DNA of 64,000 nucleotides from Octopus sinensis (lineage: Eukaryota): the NCBI RefSeq assembly GCF_006345805.1, contig NC_043016.1, forward strand, positions 8,866,001-8,930,000, written 5' to 3'. The stretch's first letter is position 1; every line of letters begins with the position of its first letter. The translations under genes were made by a program, and so were the position numbers. The notes beneath the pieces are model-generated. The model saw only the letters and a list, made by a program, of their open reading frames with translations. It was not told the DNA's origin and did no database searches. Below, piece by piece: positions 37,588-51,378 of the stretch.

Positions 37588-37800
37588 TATACATATGTGT
37601 GAGTGTGTGTGTGTATAAATAAACATTTAACAAGCAAAGTAGCTAGTTAGAAACCTCAATAAGAGATGGAGTTAGTAACTATACTGAGAAATAATGTTTA
37701 TTGTCATTTCAACATGGCTGTTCAGCATTACTACTTCTTCTTTAATCCTAGGAAGAGCCTCTTCCCGCTCTGGTTATTGATGCAATCTGCACCCAATATA

Positions 37801-38359
37801 CAGGGTGTCCATAAAGTCCCTTTACAATTTAAAAAAATTATTACAAAGGCAGTTGATGAGATATTTTAACCAGATTTGTTTTATTTTAGTAATTGTTTAT
37901 TAAAGTTTTTATTGATATTAAATTTTTGTGTTTCAGATACTCTGTTGATGGAAGGGAACTGATTCACTGAATCAGTTCCTCAATCAAACATTTCCAGGCT
38001 GATAGATGGAAAAGAATGGGCCAATTCCATGGCCACCGCGTTCGCCAGATATCACTCCATTGGACTTCTTTTTATGGGGTTATGTAAAAGATATCATGTA
38101 TCAAACAAAGATTTGGGACATTGCTGACTTGAAGCAAAGTATGCCATTGCCACCATTGATGAGGCTATCCTACAGCAAACATGGCAAGAAATCGAGTACC
38201 GTCTTGATGTGCTTCGCGCAACTAATTGAGGTCTATTAAATAACAGTTAAAAAAACTTAATAAATAATTATTTCAATAAAACAAATCTGGTTAAGATATC
38301 TTGTCAACTGCCTTTGTAATAAAATTATAAAATTGTAAAGAGATTTTATGGACACCCTG
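37801..38359 (+). mobile_element. Internally deleted Tc1/mariner-superfamily DNA transposon with ~90-bp TIRs and TA TSD
   Basis: TA-CAGGGTGTCCATAAA...TTTATGGACACCCTG-TA; internal WPPRSPDITPLDFFLWGYVKD motif. Confidence 0.88.
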
Positions 38360-38802
38360 TATATTACAAGCAGGGGAGTGAATCCATACCATCAGACTGG
38401 CTGTCACTAGGTTTTCAATATAGTGTGAGCCGGAGCAAATTCTTGCTATCTCTAATGGTTGGGTGTTCACCATTGAACATGGACACAAGTAACCTGAAAC
38501 TGTTTAGACTGGTGATTCCATCATCTGCTAGAAGATGTTAGGTGTTTACTTCCCTGCTTGCAATATATACCAGGGCAGACTAAATTGATAATCAGCTGGG
38601 GGAGGTTCTTCCTGAGGTTAAAATTGGTCGTATATATATGTGTATATATATATACATTATATATATATATATCTATATAATATATATATAGATATAATAT
38701 ATATATATAATATATATAATTAAGGGCTAAAGAGGGTTTTCTAAAGCCAAATACACCTGTTTTTCCTTTGCTGTAGAGTAAGGGACTTCATCCTATATTG
38801 CT

Positions 38803-38841
<39 letters not shown>

Positions 38842-38882
38842 ATATATATATAATATAATATATATATATATAATATATATAT

Positions 38883-38967
38883 TATTCAATTATATATGCA
38901 TATGTTCATATTCGTATATATATATATATATTATACGAATATGAACATATGCATATATAATTGAATA
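38883..38967. repeat. Perfect 36-bp-arm inverted repeat within a (TA)n tract
   Basis: TATTCAATTATATATGCATATGTTCATATTCGTATA and its exact reverse complement, 13 nt apart. Confidence 0.9.
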
Positions 38968-39160
38968 TATATATATATGTATATAAATTTCTTTATTGCC
39001 AACAGGGGTCTAAACATAGAATGGACAAACAAGGACAGACAAAGGGGTTAAGTCAATTACATCAACCTCGGTGCGTAACTGGTACTTTTCCTTGTTGCAA
39101 AAATGAATAATGAATAACTCCCTTTGCAGACCACCATACAGAGACCACTAACTTTTTAGG

Positions 39161-39198
<38 letters not shown>

Positions 39199-39481
39199 AT
39201 ATACAATGGGCTTCTCCCAGTTTCTGACTACCAAACCTGTTTGCTATTCTTTTGTTGATGGCTGGCATTACAGTGGAAAACACTTGCACGATGTGCTTCA
39301 CAGCAGTACTGAGCCTCGATCCACATAGCTGGGAAGCAAGCTTCTTTACCATAAAGCCATGCCTGCATTTGGCTGTGAAAGTCCCACCTCATGAATCTCC
39401 CCATCTAATCTGTGCTACGATGGAAGAACAGGGATTAAACAATGAAGCAAACGAAGGAATGCATATTCAAGATTGTCCACT

Positions 39482-39877
39482 CTTTTACTCTCTTTTACTT
39501 GTTTCAGTCATTTGACTGCGGCCATGCTGGAGCACTGCCTTTAGTCGAGTCGAGCAAGTCAACCCCAGGACTTATTCTTTGTAAGCCCAGTACTTATTCT
39601 ATCTCTTTTGCCGAACTGCTAAGTTACGGGGACGTAAACACACCAGCATCGGTTGTCAAGCAATGTTGTTGTTGGGGGAGGGGGAACAAACACAGACACA
39701 CAAACACATACACACACATACATATATATATATACATATATACGATGGGCTTCTTTCAGTTTCCGTCTACCAAATCCAAGCTATAGTAGAAGACACTTGC
39801 CCAAAGTGCTACGCAGTGGGACTGAACCCGGAACCATGTGGTTATCAAGCTACTTACCACACAGCTACTCCTATGCC
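39482..39877 (-). mobile_element. CORE-type SINE family B (internal deletion)
   Basis: Consensus match lacking part of the CORE-adjacent segment. Confidence 0.8.
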
Positions 39878-40030
39878 TATCTTCTCTTCAGGTGATGTCG
39901 AAAAGAAAGCATCTAATAAAAGAGCCAGTAGAGGACTTAAGGGAGACCTCTAAGTAGTCACTCTGTTTGCTAGAAATAGCAGTAAAACTTCCCACCCTAT
40001 AATTTTCATATGATGGAAACAAGATTTTAG

Positions 40031-40270
40031 GATGGCGGCAAGCTAGCTGGCAGAAATGTTAGCATGCTGGGTGAAATGCTTAGTGGTATTTCGTCTGCCG
40101 CTACGTTCTGAGTTCAAATTCTGCCAAGGTCGATTTTGCCTTTCATCCTTTCGGGGTCGATTAAATAAGAACCAGTTACGCACTGGGGAACGATATAATC
40201 GACTTAATCCCTTTGTCTGTCCTTGTTTGTCCTCTCTGTGTTTAGCTCCTTGTGGGCAGTAAAGAAATAG
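40031..40270 (+). mobile_element. SINE family A
   Basis: Full copy; possible TSD GGAAACAAG on both sides. Confidence 0.85.
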
Positions 40271-40924
40271 GAAACAAGGTTTTAGGTTGTGTGGTTATAG
40301 ATATACTGTATCTGAGAAAGAAAAAGAGACAGGACAGTTATGGATGGAATGTCTTTTTAAAAGAAATATCTTTTTAACAGCTTACTAAGAGGAAGAAGGA
40401 CAGCTCCAATGTTATTTTTCTCTTTTTTCCATGATGGATCAGAGAAAGTGCAAAAATTTTCCTCTAGCTGAAGACCTGGCATGACTACTTACAACAGACT
40501 TGTTAGTATTCTCGGGTACCACACCTCTGCTAAAGGCACCCAAAAACCAGGTGGTGCCTTTTTGCAGGGTATAATATAGATTATACAAACAAGGTGGCAG
40601 AATCATTATTGTGCCAGATAAAAAAATGCTTAGTGGCATTTCTTCTGGCATTTACAGTCTGAGTTTAAATTCCTCCAGGGTCAAACTCTGTCTTTTATCC
40701 CCTCAGTGTTGATAAAAGATTAGTCCCACTACTGGGCTTCTGTACTGTTTCCACCTACTAAATTTTACTTGGGGTGGTGGGTGGGGGCATTGATTAACTT
40801 GAGGTTATAGTAGAGGGCACTTGTTCAAAGAGTTGCATACGTGGAATTGAACCTGAAAACACAAGAATTCTGAAAGACAATTCTTCGCAACACAGAGGAT
40901 GGGTTTTCCAACCAGAGCTCATGT

Positions 40925-41210
40925 ATGGCCTAAACATCAACATCAACAACAACAACAACAATAACAACAGCAGCATCGACAACAACAATGACAAACAACA
41001 GCAAAAGCAACAACAACAACAACAGACCACCAATACGGTAACAATCACAACGTCGACAACAGCAATAACAACCACAATTGCAACCACCATCACTACACAA
41101 CTACCACTACTACCACTGCTGCTGCCACCACCTCCACCACTACTGTTGCCCCCCGCCACCACCCCCACCCCACCCCCCCCCCCCCACTGCTGCTGCCACC
41201 AGCATTGCCA
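40925..41210. repeat. (CAA)n/(CCA)n low-complexity tract
   Basis: Direct reading. Confidence 0.85.
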
Positions 41211-41531
41211 CTGCAACCTGTAATATGCTATAATCACACAATTAACTCTATAACAGCTGGCACAGTAATTGATTTTAATTAAGCAATTATATCATATTTT
41301 AGATGGTAGAGATGTCTGAGACATTAAAATGCCAGACTAAATTTATTACTGTGTTCAGAGTCCATCAATCCTCAAAGTGTGTGCATATGAAATTCGTCAA
41401 AGTCATTTTTGGTTTGTCATACCCTTCACGGGTGACGGGGAGAAGCAATCAAACAACAAACTCTAAAATCTGAGATTGTTTCAAATGACAATAAGCCATT
41501 CTTATGCACCCAAAACAAGTCTTGTACCTAT

Positions 41532-41765
41532 TTCTTTACTACCCACAAGGGGATAAACACAGAGGGGACAAACGAGGACAGACAAACAGATTAAGTCGAT
41601 TAGGTCGACCTCAGTGTGTAACTGGTACTTAATTTAATGACCCCCGAAAGGATGAAGGGCAAAGTCGACCTCGGCGGAATTTGAACTCAGGACGTAACGG
41701 CAGATGAAATACCGCTAAGTATTTCACCTGGTGTGTTAACGACTCTGCCAGTTTGCAGCCTTACT
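41532..41765 (-). mobile_element. SINE family A with ~21-bp TSD
   Basis: CAAAACAAGTCTTGTACCTAT at 41511-41531 and 41766-41786. Confidence 0.88.
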
Positions 41766-41916
41766 CAAAACAAGTCTTGTACCTATGAAAGAAACAAGCA
41801 GGTTAAACAATGTATTTCCTGTGCCCCCGCCATTTTACCAAAATCGATTTTGTACCTTTTGAAAGAAATCATTATATTACTGTATGACAAATTTAAATAA
41901 AAAAAAATTTTAATCA

Positions 41917-42526
41917 TAGGTGCAGGTGTAGGTGTGTGGTAAGAAACTTGCTTTCCAACCACACGGTTGTGGGTTCACTTCCACTGCATGACACCTTGGG
42001 CAAGTGTCTTTTACTATAGCCTCAGGCTGACCAAAGCTTTGAGAATGGATTTGGTTGATAGAAACTGGCAGAAACGTTAACATACCGGGCGAAATGCTTA
42101 GCGGTATTTCGTCTGTCTTTACATTCTGAGTTCAAATTCTGCCAAGGTCGACTTTGCCTTTCATCCTTTAGGGGTTGATAAATTAAGTACCAGTTACGTA
42201 CTGGGGTCGATGTAATCGACTTAATCCGTTTGTCTGTCCTTGTTTCTCCCCTCTATGTTTAGCCCCTTGTGGGCAATAAAGAAATAAAAAACTGAAAGAA
42301 ACTCATTGAAAATATATGTGTATGTGTGTGCACGCACACACGCATGCGTCTTTGTGCTAGACAACTGGTGTTAGTGTGTTTGTGTCCCTGCAACTTAGCA
42401 GTTCGACAAAAGAGATTGATAGAATAAGTACTAGGCTTTAAAAAATTAGGTCTTGGGGTCAATTTGTTTAACTAAAAGGTGGTGCTCCAGCATAGCAACA
42501 GTCATATGACTGAAACAAGTAAAAGA
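41917..42526 (+). mobile_element. SINE family B with nested family A copy (~42062-42287)
   Basis: The B head is interrupted at GAAACTG by the A copy, then the B sequence resumes. Confidence 0.8.
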
Positions 42527-42667
42527 CTAACATATTAAGTGTTATGCAGTTGAGAATCCCTTACCTGAAATCCCTGGGATTTCAGAATATTTTTATATTT
42601 ACATCTGCAAAACGGGACAGGTTGGGGTTGGGACCCAACTCTAAGCACAATATCCATTTATGTTTCA

Positions 42668-43035
42668 CTAGCACTATGACCCAGCAACACCGGGTCATAG
42701 TGCTAGTGCATGCATATACAGCTGCATGCGTGTGCACATACACGTGAGTACTGTCGAAATCTCCGACCAATCACATACAGCTAGCTGGCATTCATTTGGC
42801 ATATCAAGTTACGGGCATTTTGATTGGGTTTTGGATAGAAAATTCACAAAAAAGTCACTGCTATTGATGTTTTAATGGCCTTGTGAGGCGACTGGGGAAA
42901 TGTAAAGATGTGCACGACCACCCTCAGACGGTTTTGAATGACCATAGAAGGTGCGAGTCCTCTAACTGAAAAATTGTGAATTTGTATAAAGGACACACAC
43001 ACAGACAGACATTTTGCCGCTTATATATATATAGA
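42668..43035 (-). mobile_element. Non-autonomous Helitron-type element, second copy
   Basis: Reverse complement of 23261-23623 with TC...CTAG ends and hairpin. Confidence 0.8.
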
Positions 43036-43149
43036 TTTCACCCAGCATGTTAACAATTCCACCAGCTCGCCACTTTATGAAAATAGATAAAATAATATTG
43101 AAAGAAATATTCAGTGAAAAAGAAATAGAAGAGAATCTAATATTTTAGG

Positions 43150-43700
43150 TGATACTCTTTATCAAGTGACTGCTTGCACATTGGCATTTCCCTGAGGTAT
43201 GGTCTCCAGATTTGTGAGCCTCAGGAATCCTGCTGTGGATCTACTGTGGATTCTTTTGGCCTCCATCCACTGTCATGCCATCACAGTGTTGGCCATCTTC
43301 CACACCATGCCACTTTTCATTCAAGATCATAAAGCATGGCCTAGATGTCACAGGCTTCCCTTCCCAGTTTGAGGGAATGGCATGACAATTTTCCTGTTCT
43401 GTGGTGCTAGATCTCTCATCTGGGATGTAACATGCTATGACACCTTCTCCAGCAGCAACTTGGTGTTGTCAGCTACCAGCCCAGGCTGAGAAAAACAAAC
43501 TCTCCAGCAGATTTATGGTTGAGCCTGTAGCAGTTGAAACCTCCAGCATTGTTGGTCCCTGGGCCATATGCTTGCTGGTCATTATTGGGGTGAAGATTAC
43601 TGTCCGTAATTGTGAACCCTGTGAGTCAGAGTGACTCATCATCCTCTGGGGCAATGCCTTTCCATTTTGTCAGCTGGGGCCAAGAGAAATGTTTCTATAT
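43150..43700 (+). mobile_element. CRE-like non-LTR retrotransposon C-terminal remnant (restriction-like endonuclease)
   Basis: Fragments LIWDVTC, AQAEKNKLS, FMVEPVAVETS and a decayed ..RGNA ending. Confidence 0.65.
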
Positions 43701-43999
43701 TCAAGAGAAATGTTTCTATAATATTTTCCATTAATTCTCCTATTTTGGCTTAAATCACATCTCTGCTCAATCAGTCAATGCCTGTTGTGATATACTCTTT
43801 AACCCTTTCGTTACCAACCCGGCTGAAACTGGCTCTGGCTCTGAGTACAAATGTCTTGTTTTCATAAGTTTTGTATTAAAATCTTCCACCAAACCTTAGT
43901 CACAATTTATGTTCCTAGCACTAGCTGACTACACTATTTTATCTTCCTTGACACACATTTGATATGATTTAACATTTATATAAATGAAAATATTACACA

Positions 44000-44786
44000 T
44001 AGGCGCAGGAGTGGCTGTGTGGTAAGTAGCTTGCTAACCAATCACATGGTTCCGGGTTCAGTCCCACTGCGTGGCACCTTGGGCAAGTGTCTTCTGCTAT
44101 AGCCTCGGGCTGACCAATGCCTTGTGAGTGGATTTGGTAGACGGAAACTGAAAGAAGCCCGTCGTATATATGTATATATATGTGTGTGCGTGTATGTTTG
44201 TGTGTTTGTGTTTGTCCCCCAAGCATTGCTTGACAACCGATGCTGGTGTGTTTACGTCCCCGTTACTTAGCGGTTCAGCAAAAGAGACCGATAGAATAAG
44301 TACTGGGCTTACAAAAGAATAAGTCTCGGGGTCGAGTTGCTTGATTAAAGGCGGTGCTCCAGCATGGCCGCAGTCAAATGACTGAAACAAGTAAAAGAGT
44401 AAAGAGTATATACAGGAGGTACAGGAGTGGCTGTGTGGTAAGTAGCTTGCTTATCAACCACATGGTTCCGGGTTAAGTCCCACTGCGTCGCACCTTTGGT
44501 AAGTGTCTTCTACTATAGCCTCGGGCTGACCAAAAGCCTTGTGAGTGGATTTGGTAGAGGGAAACTGAAAGAAGCCCGTCGTGTATATGTATATATATGT
44601 GTGTGTGTGTGTGTGTTTGTCCCCCAACATTGCTTGACAACCAATGCTGGTGTGCTTACGTCCCCGTAAATTAGCGGTTCATCAAAAGAGATCGATAGGA
44701 CAAGTACTAGGCTTACAAAGAATAAATCCCTAAAGGCAGTGCTCCAGCATGGCCGCAGTCAAATGACTGAAACAAGTAAAAGAGTA
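44000..44786 (+). mobile_element. Two head-to-tail SINE family B copies (44000-44408 and 44419-44786)
   Basis: Both have heads and AAAAGAGT tails. Confidence 0.88.
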
Positions 44787-46639
44787 TACAATTCCTAATA
44801 ATATTTAATTATAAAAATATTAGATTTTTCAAGATATTGAAAGGTTATAAGGGTCCGTCTGAGTAAGATCGGAATCAAAGGGAGTCCATAGGTGACAAAC
44901 ATTGGTCTGTCTATACGAAGTAGGTTGAAGGAACGCATGATGGATTGTTAAAGAGACAAGTGGGGGAAGACGATGAGGGAGAAGGGCAAATGGTCAAAGT
45001 TGGTGGCAGGGTGTGAATGCGTTGATGCAATTAACATTACGGGCACGTGGGTGGGCATTTCTTACGACGAATTGGTGTCGATGGGGTGGGTGTCATTAAG
45101 TGTGATTGGGTGATAAAAATCATTATCATGGCTATGTATATGAATACACAAACACACAACGATTAATGGAGGAGAATGTATGAGGTACACGTAGTAATCG
45201 ATAAAGTCACAGGTTGTGAAGAAAGAACTTTGATAAGCCAATAAATTAATTAATGAACTAATTATCTAATTGACTGATAGAACTGAAGTGAAATTACAAT
45301 CACTGCGTACGTTTTAATTGTCAACAGTTCCCACTCCTACTTGTATAATGAAATCAGTTTTTAACATGCGGTTTCACTTCAAGAATCTCACAACACTATT
45401 CAAATACAAAAAAGAAAAAAAATGAAAAAAAATACTTATGTATTTATACATACACACACACACACAATACCTTGTTGCTTGCACACACACACACATACGA
45501 GCAATAGCTACAATAAACTCTAATTGCAGCATACAATAGCAATATTTTTTTTCTTTTCATAACAACTAACTTATTTCTCAAATAAATAAATAATTGCTAT
45601 CTATCTATTATAACATTTACGCTCGGCAACGGTGAGCTTCTGTTGAATAACGGTTGGTGTTATCACACTTTCCCCCTGCATATTACCATGGTTTGCACTT
45701 TGCCCATTATAAGTTATTGAACAGACAATCATTACTATCATCACAATCATCAAAACCATTCATCAAGAAATAGCAACAGTTTGTTAACCGCAGTAGAGAT
45801 AGACACGCAGAAAATGAAAAGCGATGCGACTGCTACGTCGATAGGCACCGCTGCTGCTGCTGCTGTTTAGCCCTTGGTCAACTCTGAACGAGCAGACATA
45901 TTGATCAGAAGTATTCCAGCTGCGACCATTCCATCACTTCATATTTTAAGGATTGCCTAAAACTACATTATCTGACGGGTCCTGTCACCATCTAAGACGG
46001 TAAAGATAATATGAAGGAGATCTGCCTTCTATTTCTAGCATTGTAGCTCAACCGGTCGGCTCGTGGCTGCTGCTGTTGTTGACAATACCAGAGAAACAAG
46101 GGAGATAACTCTCTACATCCATAAAACGCACGCCACTTGGATGAGTGACACATTCTCACACTGAAGTTTTAACGCAAACTCTCATCTACACATTCGCACG
46201 CACCTTGCTTTTTTTTTTTTTACACACTCATACATTCAACAACGTAGCAAAGGTGAGATATGGTAGCCGAAACCGTTAGATTCATTTAGCTTAATGTCTC
46301 AGTAGTGAAAAGAGAAAAAAAAGCATAAAACGAACGAAAACAAGACATAAATCATATCAGTTGCACCATATTTTATACACCAATTAAAATAGCCGTCTAA
46401 TTTCTAACGGTACGTATTTATTTCTTCTTCTTGTAATCATTTTTCCTATTTTTTTCTTTCATTAATAATGTATTAATGTTCTACACGTTCTTTTTCGTTT
46501 TTTTTATTCATTTTCTCTTTCTATCTTTCTCCATATCAATGAAGACAAGACCACTTTCTATTTTGACTTTTTAAAATGTGTTTCCAAATGTCTGTTGTTT
46601 CATTCGTTTTTCAGCAAATTATTATTATTATGTTAATTT

Positions 46640-47360
46640 ATATATAGTTCAAAATTTTGTTATATATACATATACCCATATATATATACATTCACCCATA
46701 TATATCTGAAAACACATATATACATACACTGTATACGCATACTATATACACTGTATACACTTATATGCACTGTATACACATATGCACAAACATATATATA
46801 CTCATACAAATGAACATTTATGTATATACTGCATATAGTTATATGTACACCCACATATATATACACCCACCCACATTTCTAAATGGGTGTATATATATAT
46901 ATATATATCTATATATATATATATATACAAACACAATTACAAAAATGAATACGTGTCTATATAGATATGTATTATATATATATATTATATATACATACAT
47001 TTTGTTATATACACACATATACCCATATACAATTACATATGTGCACATGAACGTACATTCATGTATGTATATATGTGTATATGTATTTATATATATATAT
47101 GTATATACTTTGCATTATACCCACATATATTTAAATACATATGTGCTTGCACATAAACGTACATTCATGTACGTATACATATGTATATTTTTATACATTA
47201 TATACACGCTCATGTACCCACACATATATATGCTTACACATGAACGCACATTCAGGTATGTATAAGTGTGTGTACACACATATACACACACATTCATTTC
47301 ATATGAACATGTAAATTAGTATACAGATATACTGCACACATTATAAATATAAATATGTGT
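46640..47360. repeat. Degenerate (AT/AC)n low-complexity tract
   Basis: Direct reading. Confidence 0.85.
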
Positions 47361-48592
47361 GTGTGTAACTAGTGTATTTTTCTCTTGAATTGTCATTATG
47401 TACACCCATCAATGTTTTGTCTGAACTCAATGCATTTATTAAACGTTGTTGCCTTAATAGAAATATATTATTATTCGGCGAAGTTTCGTAATTGATATTT
47501 AATTGTTCAACTGTTTCCTGTTTTTTTTTTCCTTTATTTTATAAATTTAAATTACTATGACAAAGCTTTTTATCCTATTTATCTCCAAACAATAAAAGAC
47601 CAAAAACAAAACAAAAAAACCCCACGAAAATGAATGAGAAAAAAAAAGACTTTATATTTTTACTTTATTCCATTATGTATTCACCACGACAAATACTCAT
47701 GGATTTATATTCATACAAACACTATACTCAGACAAAAATATATGCATTATATTGCGTATATATTTGTTTAGGTAACTGCATCGCTCCCAGACAAAATATT
47801 AATACACACGCACACACACACACGTGTGTGTGTGTGTGTGTGTGTAACTTTAACTAGAGGTCAGCTCTAAAGGAGTGTAGACTTATAGCGCTTCCATTTG
47901 TGACCATCCTGTCTTTTTTCTTACATGCGGGTAACCTAAGATCATATACAATGTGTTCTCTTAAGTTTGATGTGAAGCAAGAAATTTGGCTGTTATTTCT
48001 AGCAGCTCGTGTGAACACGAAGATGCTTATTCGTTGCGTGTGTATATATCTGAATATTCACACACGTCTGTATGTATATATATATATATGTGTGTGTGTG
48101 TCTGTCTGTTATGAAGCTATGTTATATTTTTTTCCTAGTTGTGCATTTCCCTGTTTATTATCAGGATATCAACAGTATGCCAGTCTCTCGCCGTCTCTCT
48201 CTCTCATTCTCTGTATCTGTCTAATTCTTCTCTCTTACACATACGCAATTTGTACAATTCTACGTACGTTCATGTATTACTCAACAAAAGAAGCTATATC
48301 ATAAAGCCTTGTGCCTCATATCAGTACTTTATGGTGGCTCCATTGATTCAGTAAAATGTTTGCTGTACATAGTAAAGCCTCTAATTTAAGCTGTTATTTC
48401 TTCTATTGATCAACGACATCGTGTTTGATAGAACTATGTATATATATATATATATATAATGTGGAGGGGAACATTATATATAATATAGTCTGTCGATGTT
48501 TAGTGTTAGGATGTGTGTGTGTATATATCTCTTCGTGCATATGTACGTATATAGTATGGGGAGGGGGCACGTATATTTTATGTATGTTTGTG

Positions 48593-48624
<32 letters not shown>

Positions 48625-50073
48625 GGGAACGTCACACTACCGTCACTTCTATTTAAAAATAATGAAAATTATCTAATATATATATATATACATACACACA
48701 CAAACACACACACATACACGCGTACACACACATACACACATAATGAAAAACACATCTATGGATACAGATATATTATCTAATATATATATATACACACACA
48801 CACAAATACACGCGTACACACACATAATGAAAAGCAGACAGAGCTATGGATACAGAAGTAAAGCTTAAACCGAATGTTTACGAGCAACCTGTAGGTCTAT
48901 CACCATGGATATATTTGTAAGTTTTAAGATGTCAATTGTGTGGTTTGCAGCAGAGAGAGAGAGAGAGAGTATTCGATTGAAACATTAAAGAAGAAAAAAA
49001 AAAAAAACACTTTTGTTATCGTTGACATAATTGTATCATCAGTTTGTATTCTAGCTGGGTGACATAATTAATTGTATCAGCAACACTGAGGTAGTTAAGA
49101 CCCGGTTTGTACCGAGAAACATTTAGGAGTTTTATTAAAATACATCTGAATTCTTTCTCGTTCTCTCTCTCTCATATATATATTTATATATATATAGTTT
49201 TTTGCAGTTGCGAGAGAAATAATTCTTCCTTGAATAATTAATTGTCCTTTATCGTTACCATCTCTTTTTCGCTCTTTTCCCTTTATATCTAATCTTTTGT
49301 TCGAATTCATTCTAGTGTTACCAAACTGAACATGTTTTAATAATATTACAAAAATATTGTGTGCAAGTCGGTTGTGTGTCTGTAATATGTAAATGTATAC
49401 ATATTACATATTTTTTGTGTGTATAAGAACAATGAATCTCGGAGAAAATAAAGCTATAAATAAAAGCGTGTAAATATCGAGTTTAAAAAGCTACCCGTGG
49501 GACACGAACCCACATAATTGCATGTGCCTGTATTTTTAATATAATTTAACTTCTCTGGTTGTAATTATAAAGTCTGTTTTCGAATTCTTTTATCTGACAT
49601 CCATAATTTGTATATTTTGTCTCTTTTCATTCATTCATTCATTCATTCTTTCTGTTTCTCACATCGATCTCCCCTCAAAACTTCAGTGTATCTCGAAGCC
49701 ATTTGTCGAAAATTACTACGAATTAAATAGGGGACTTCTAGTTTGTGTGTGTGTGTATAGATATTTCTCCTCCAGTATTGGGTACTATTCCATTCTTTTA
49801 TTATTAACATGTACGTTGCCTGTGTTTGTGTAATGGTTTCAAATTTTAGCACAGGCCAAATTTAGAGGATTACATTGACACTTGTGCTCATCTGGTACTT
49901 ACGATATCGACACCGAAAGGATAGGGCAAGGTTGGTCTTGCAGAATTTGAATTTTGGGCTACCGTCAAATGACTGGCATAAAAGATATATGCTTTCCTTT
50001 AGTCATTATGTGTATATGTACGCAGTGTGTATGTATGTGTATGTATATATATATATAATATATATTATATATA

Positions 50074-50116
<43 letters not shown>

Positions 50117-50196
50117 TACATACATAACACACACACACAACACATGTGCAACCATTAAACCACACATTTTTCTCTCTCTGTTTCCTTTCTCCATTT

Positions 50197-50221
50197 CTGA
50201 AGAGCGTAGGCTCGAAACGTC
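50197..50221 (+). ncRNA. Minimal hammerhead motif in a solo PLE pseudo-LTR fragment (~50160-50320)
   Basis: CTGAAGA-GCGTAGGCTC-GAAA-CGTC; same family as 9241-9265; weak stems I and II. Confidence 0.5.
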
Positions 50222-51014
50222 AGACTTTTCCATTTCTCCTGAGCGTCAAACTAATATACCTTGTTTGTTGTTCCCTTACCTGTCTCTGTGTTGTTTCTTG
50301 CACAATTTTGAGCCACACACACACATACATACAGTAACATCGTCCTTTATAGGACCGCCACATTGTTGACAAATAAACTTTACTATTTAGTACTATTACT
50401 GTATATCTCTTGTTGGCAGATTTAAAACTAGATTAGCGACTGTCACTTAAAGAATATATAGTGTTTGCGAGTGGAGAAAGCTTTCATCAACAACCAGTGA
50501 TTGTCTCACACTGAGGATGGGTAACCACTCAGAAACCATGGTCTGTGAGTATCACATAAGGCTGGAGATGGAAGCGATGACCTCTTGCAAACACTATATG
50601 GACACACTGTGTTGATAGCCAGCTGGAAAGGATGTTTTCCTAGGACTTAAATAACAGTAACATTGTCCTTTATAGGACTGCCATATTCTGTTAGCAAATA
50701 AACTGATGTATATGAGTGAGACAAAGGTGAGACTGTGTAGTAAGAAGTTTACTTCCCAATCATATGGTTCTGGGTTCGGTCCCACTGCATGGCACCTTGG
50801 GCAAGTGTCTTCTGTTGCTCTGAGCTATCCAGGGCCTTGTGAGTGGATTAGGTAGAAGGAAACTGGAAGAAGTCCATTGTGTTTGTTACATAGTGGTTTA
50901 TCAAAATACCAGATATTTAAAAAAAAAAAAGTACTGGGATTGATTTAACAACTTCAAGGTAGTATCCAGGAATGGCTGCAGTCCAGTGATGAAAGCAAAA
51001 ATGTAAAGATATGC

Positions 51015-51378
51015 ACAGTGTGGCTGTGTGGTAAGAAACTTGTTTTTTAACCACATGATTCTAGGTTCAGTCCCACTGCGTGGAGCCTTGGTCAAGTGTC
51101 TTCTACTATAGACTTGGGTTGACCAAATCCTTGTGAATGGATTTGGTAGATGGAAACTGAAAGAAGCCTATATATATATATGTGTATGTATGTATTTGTG
51201 TCAGTGTTGTATGTATGTGTCATGCGGGTGTGTTTATGTCCTTGTAACTTAGCAGTTCAGCGAAAGAGAGCCGATAGAATAAATACTAGGCTTACAGAGA
51301 ATAAGTCCTGGGGTCAATTTGTTTGACTAAAGCTGGTGCTCCAGCATGGCCACAGTCAGATGACTGAAACAAGTAAAA
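51015..51378 (+). mobile_element. CORE-type SINE family B
   Basis: Diverged full copy. Confidence 0.8.

Noticed and set aside
40794-41237. Poly-Gln/Thr/Pro or poly-Gly ORFs
   Set aside because: Trinucleotide microsatellite, open on both strands by composition alone.
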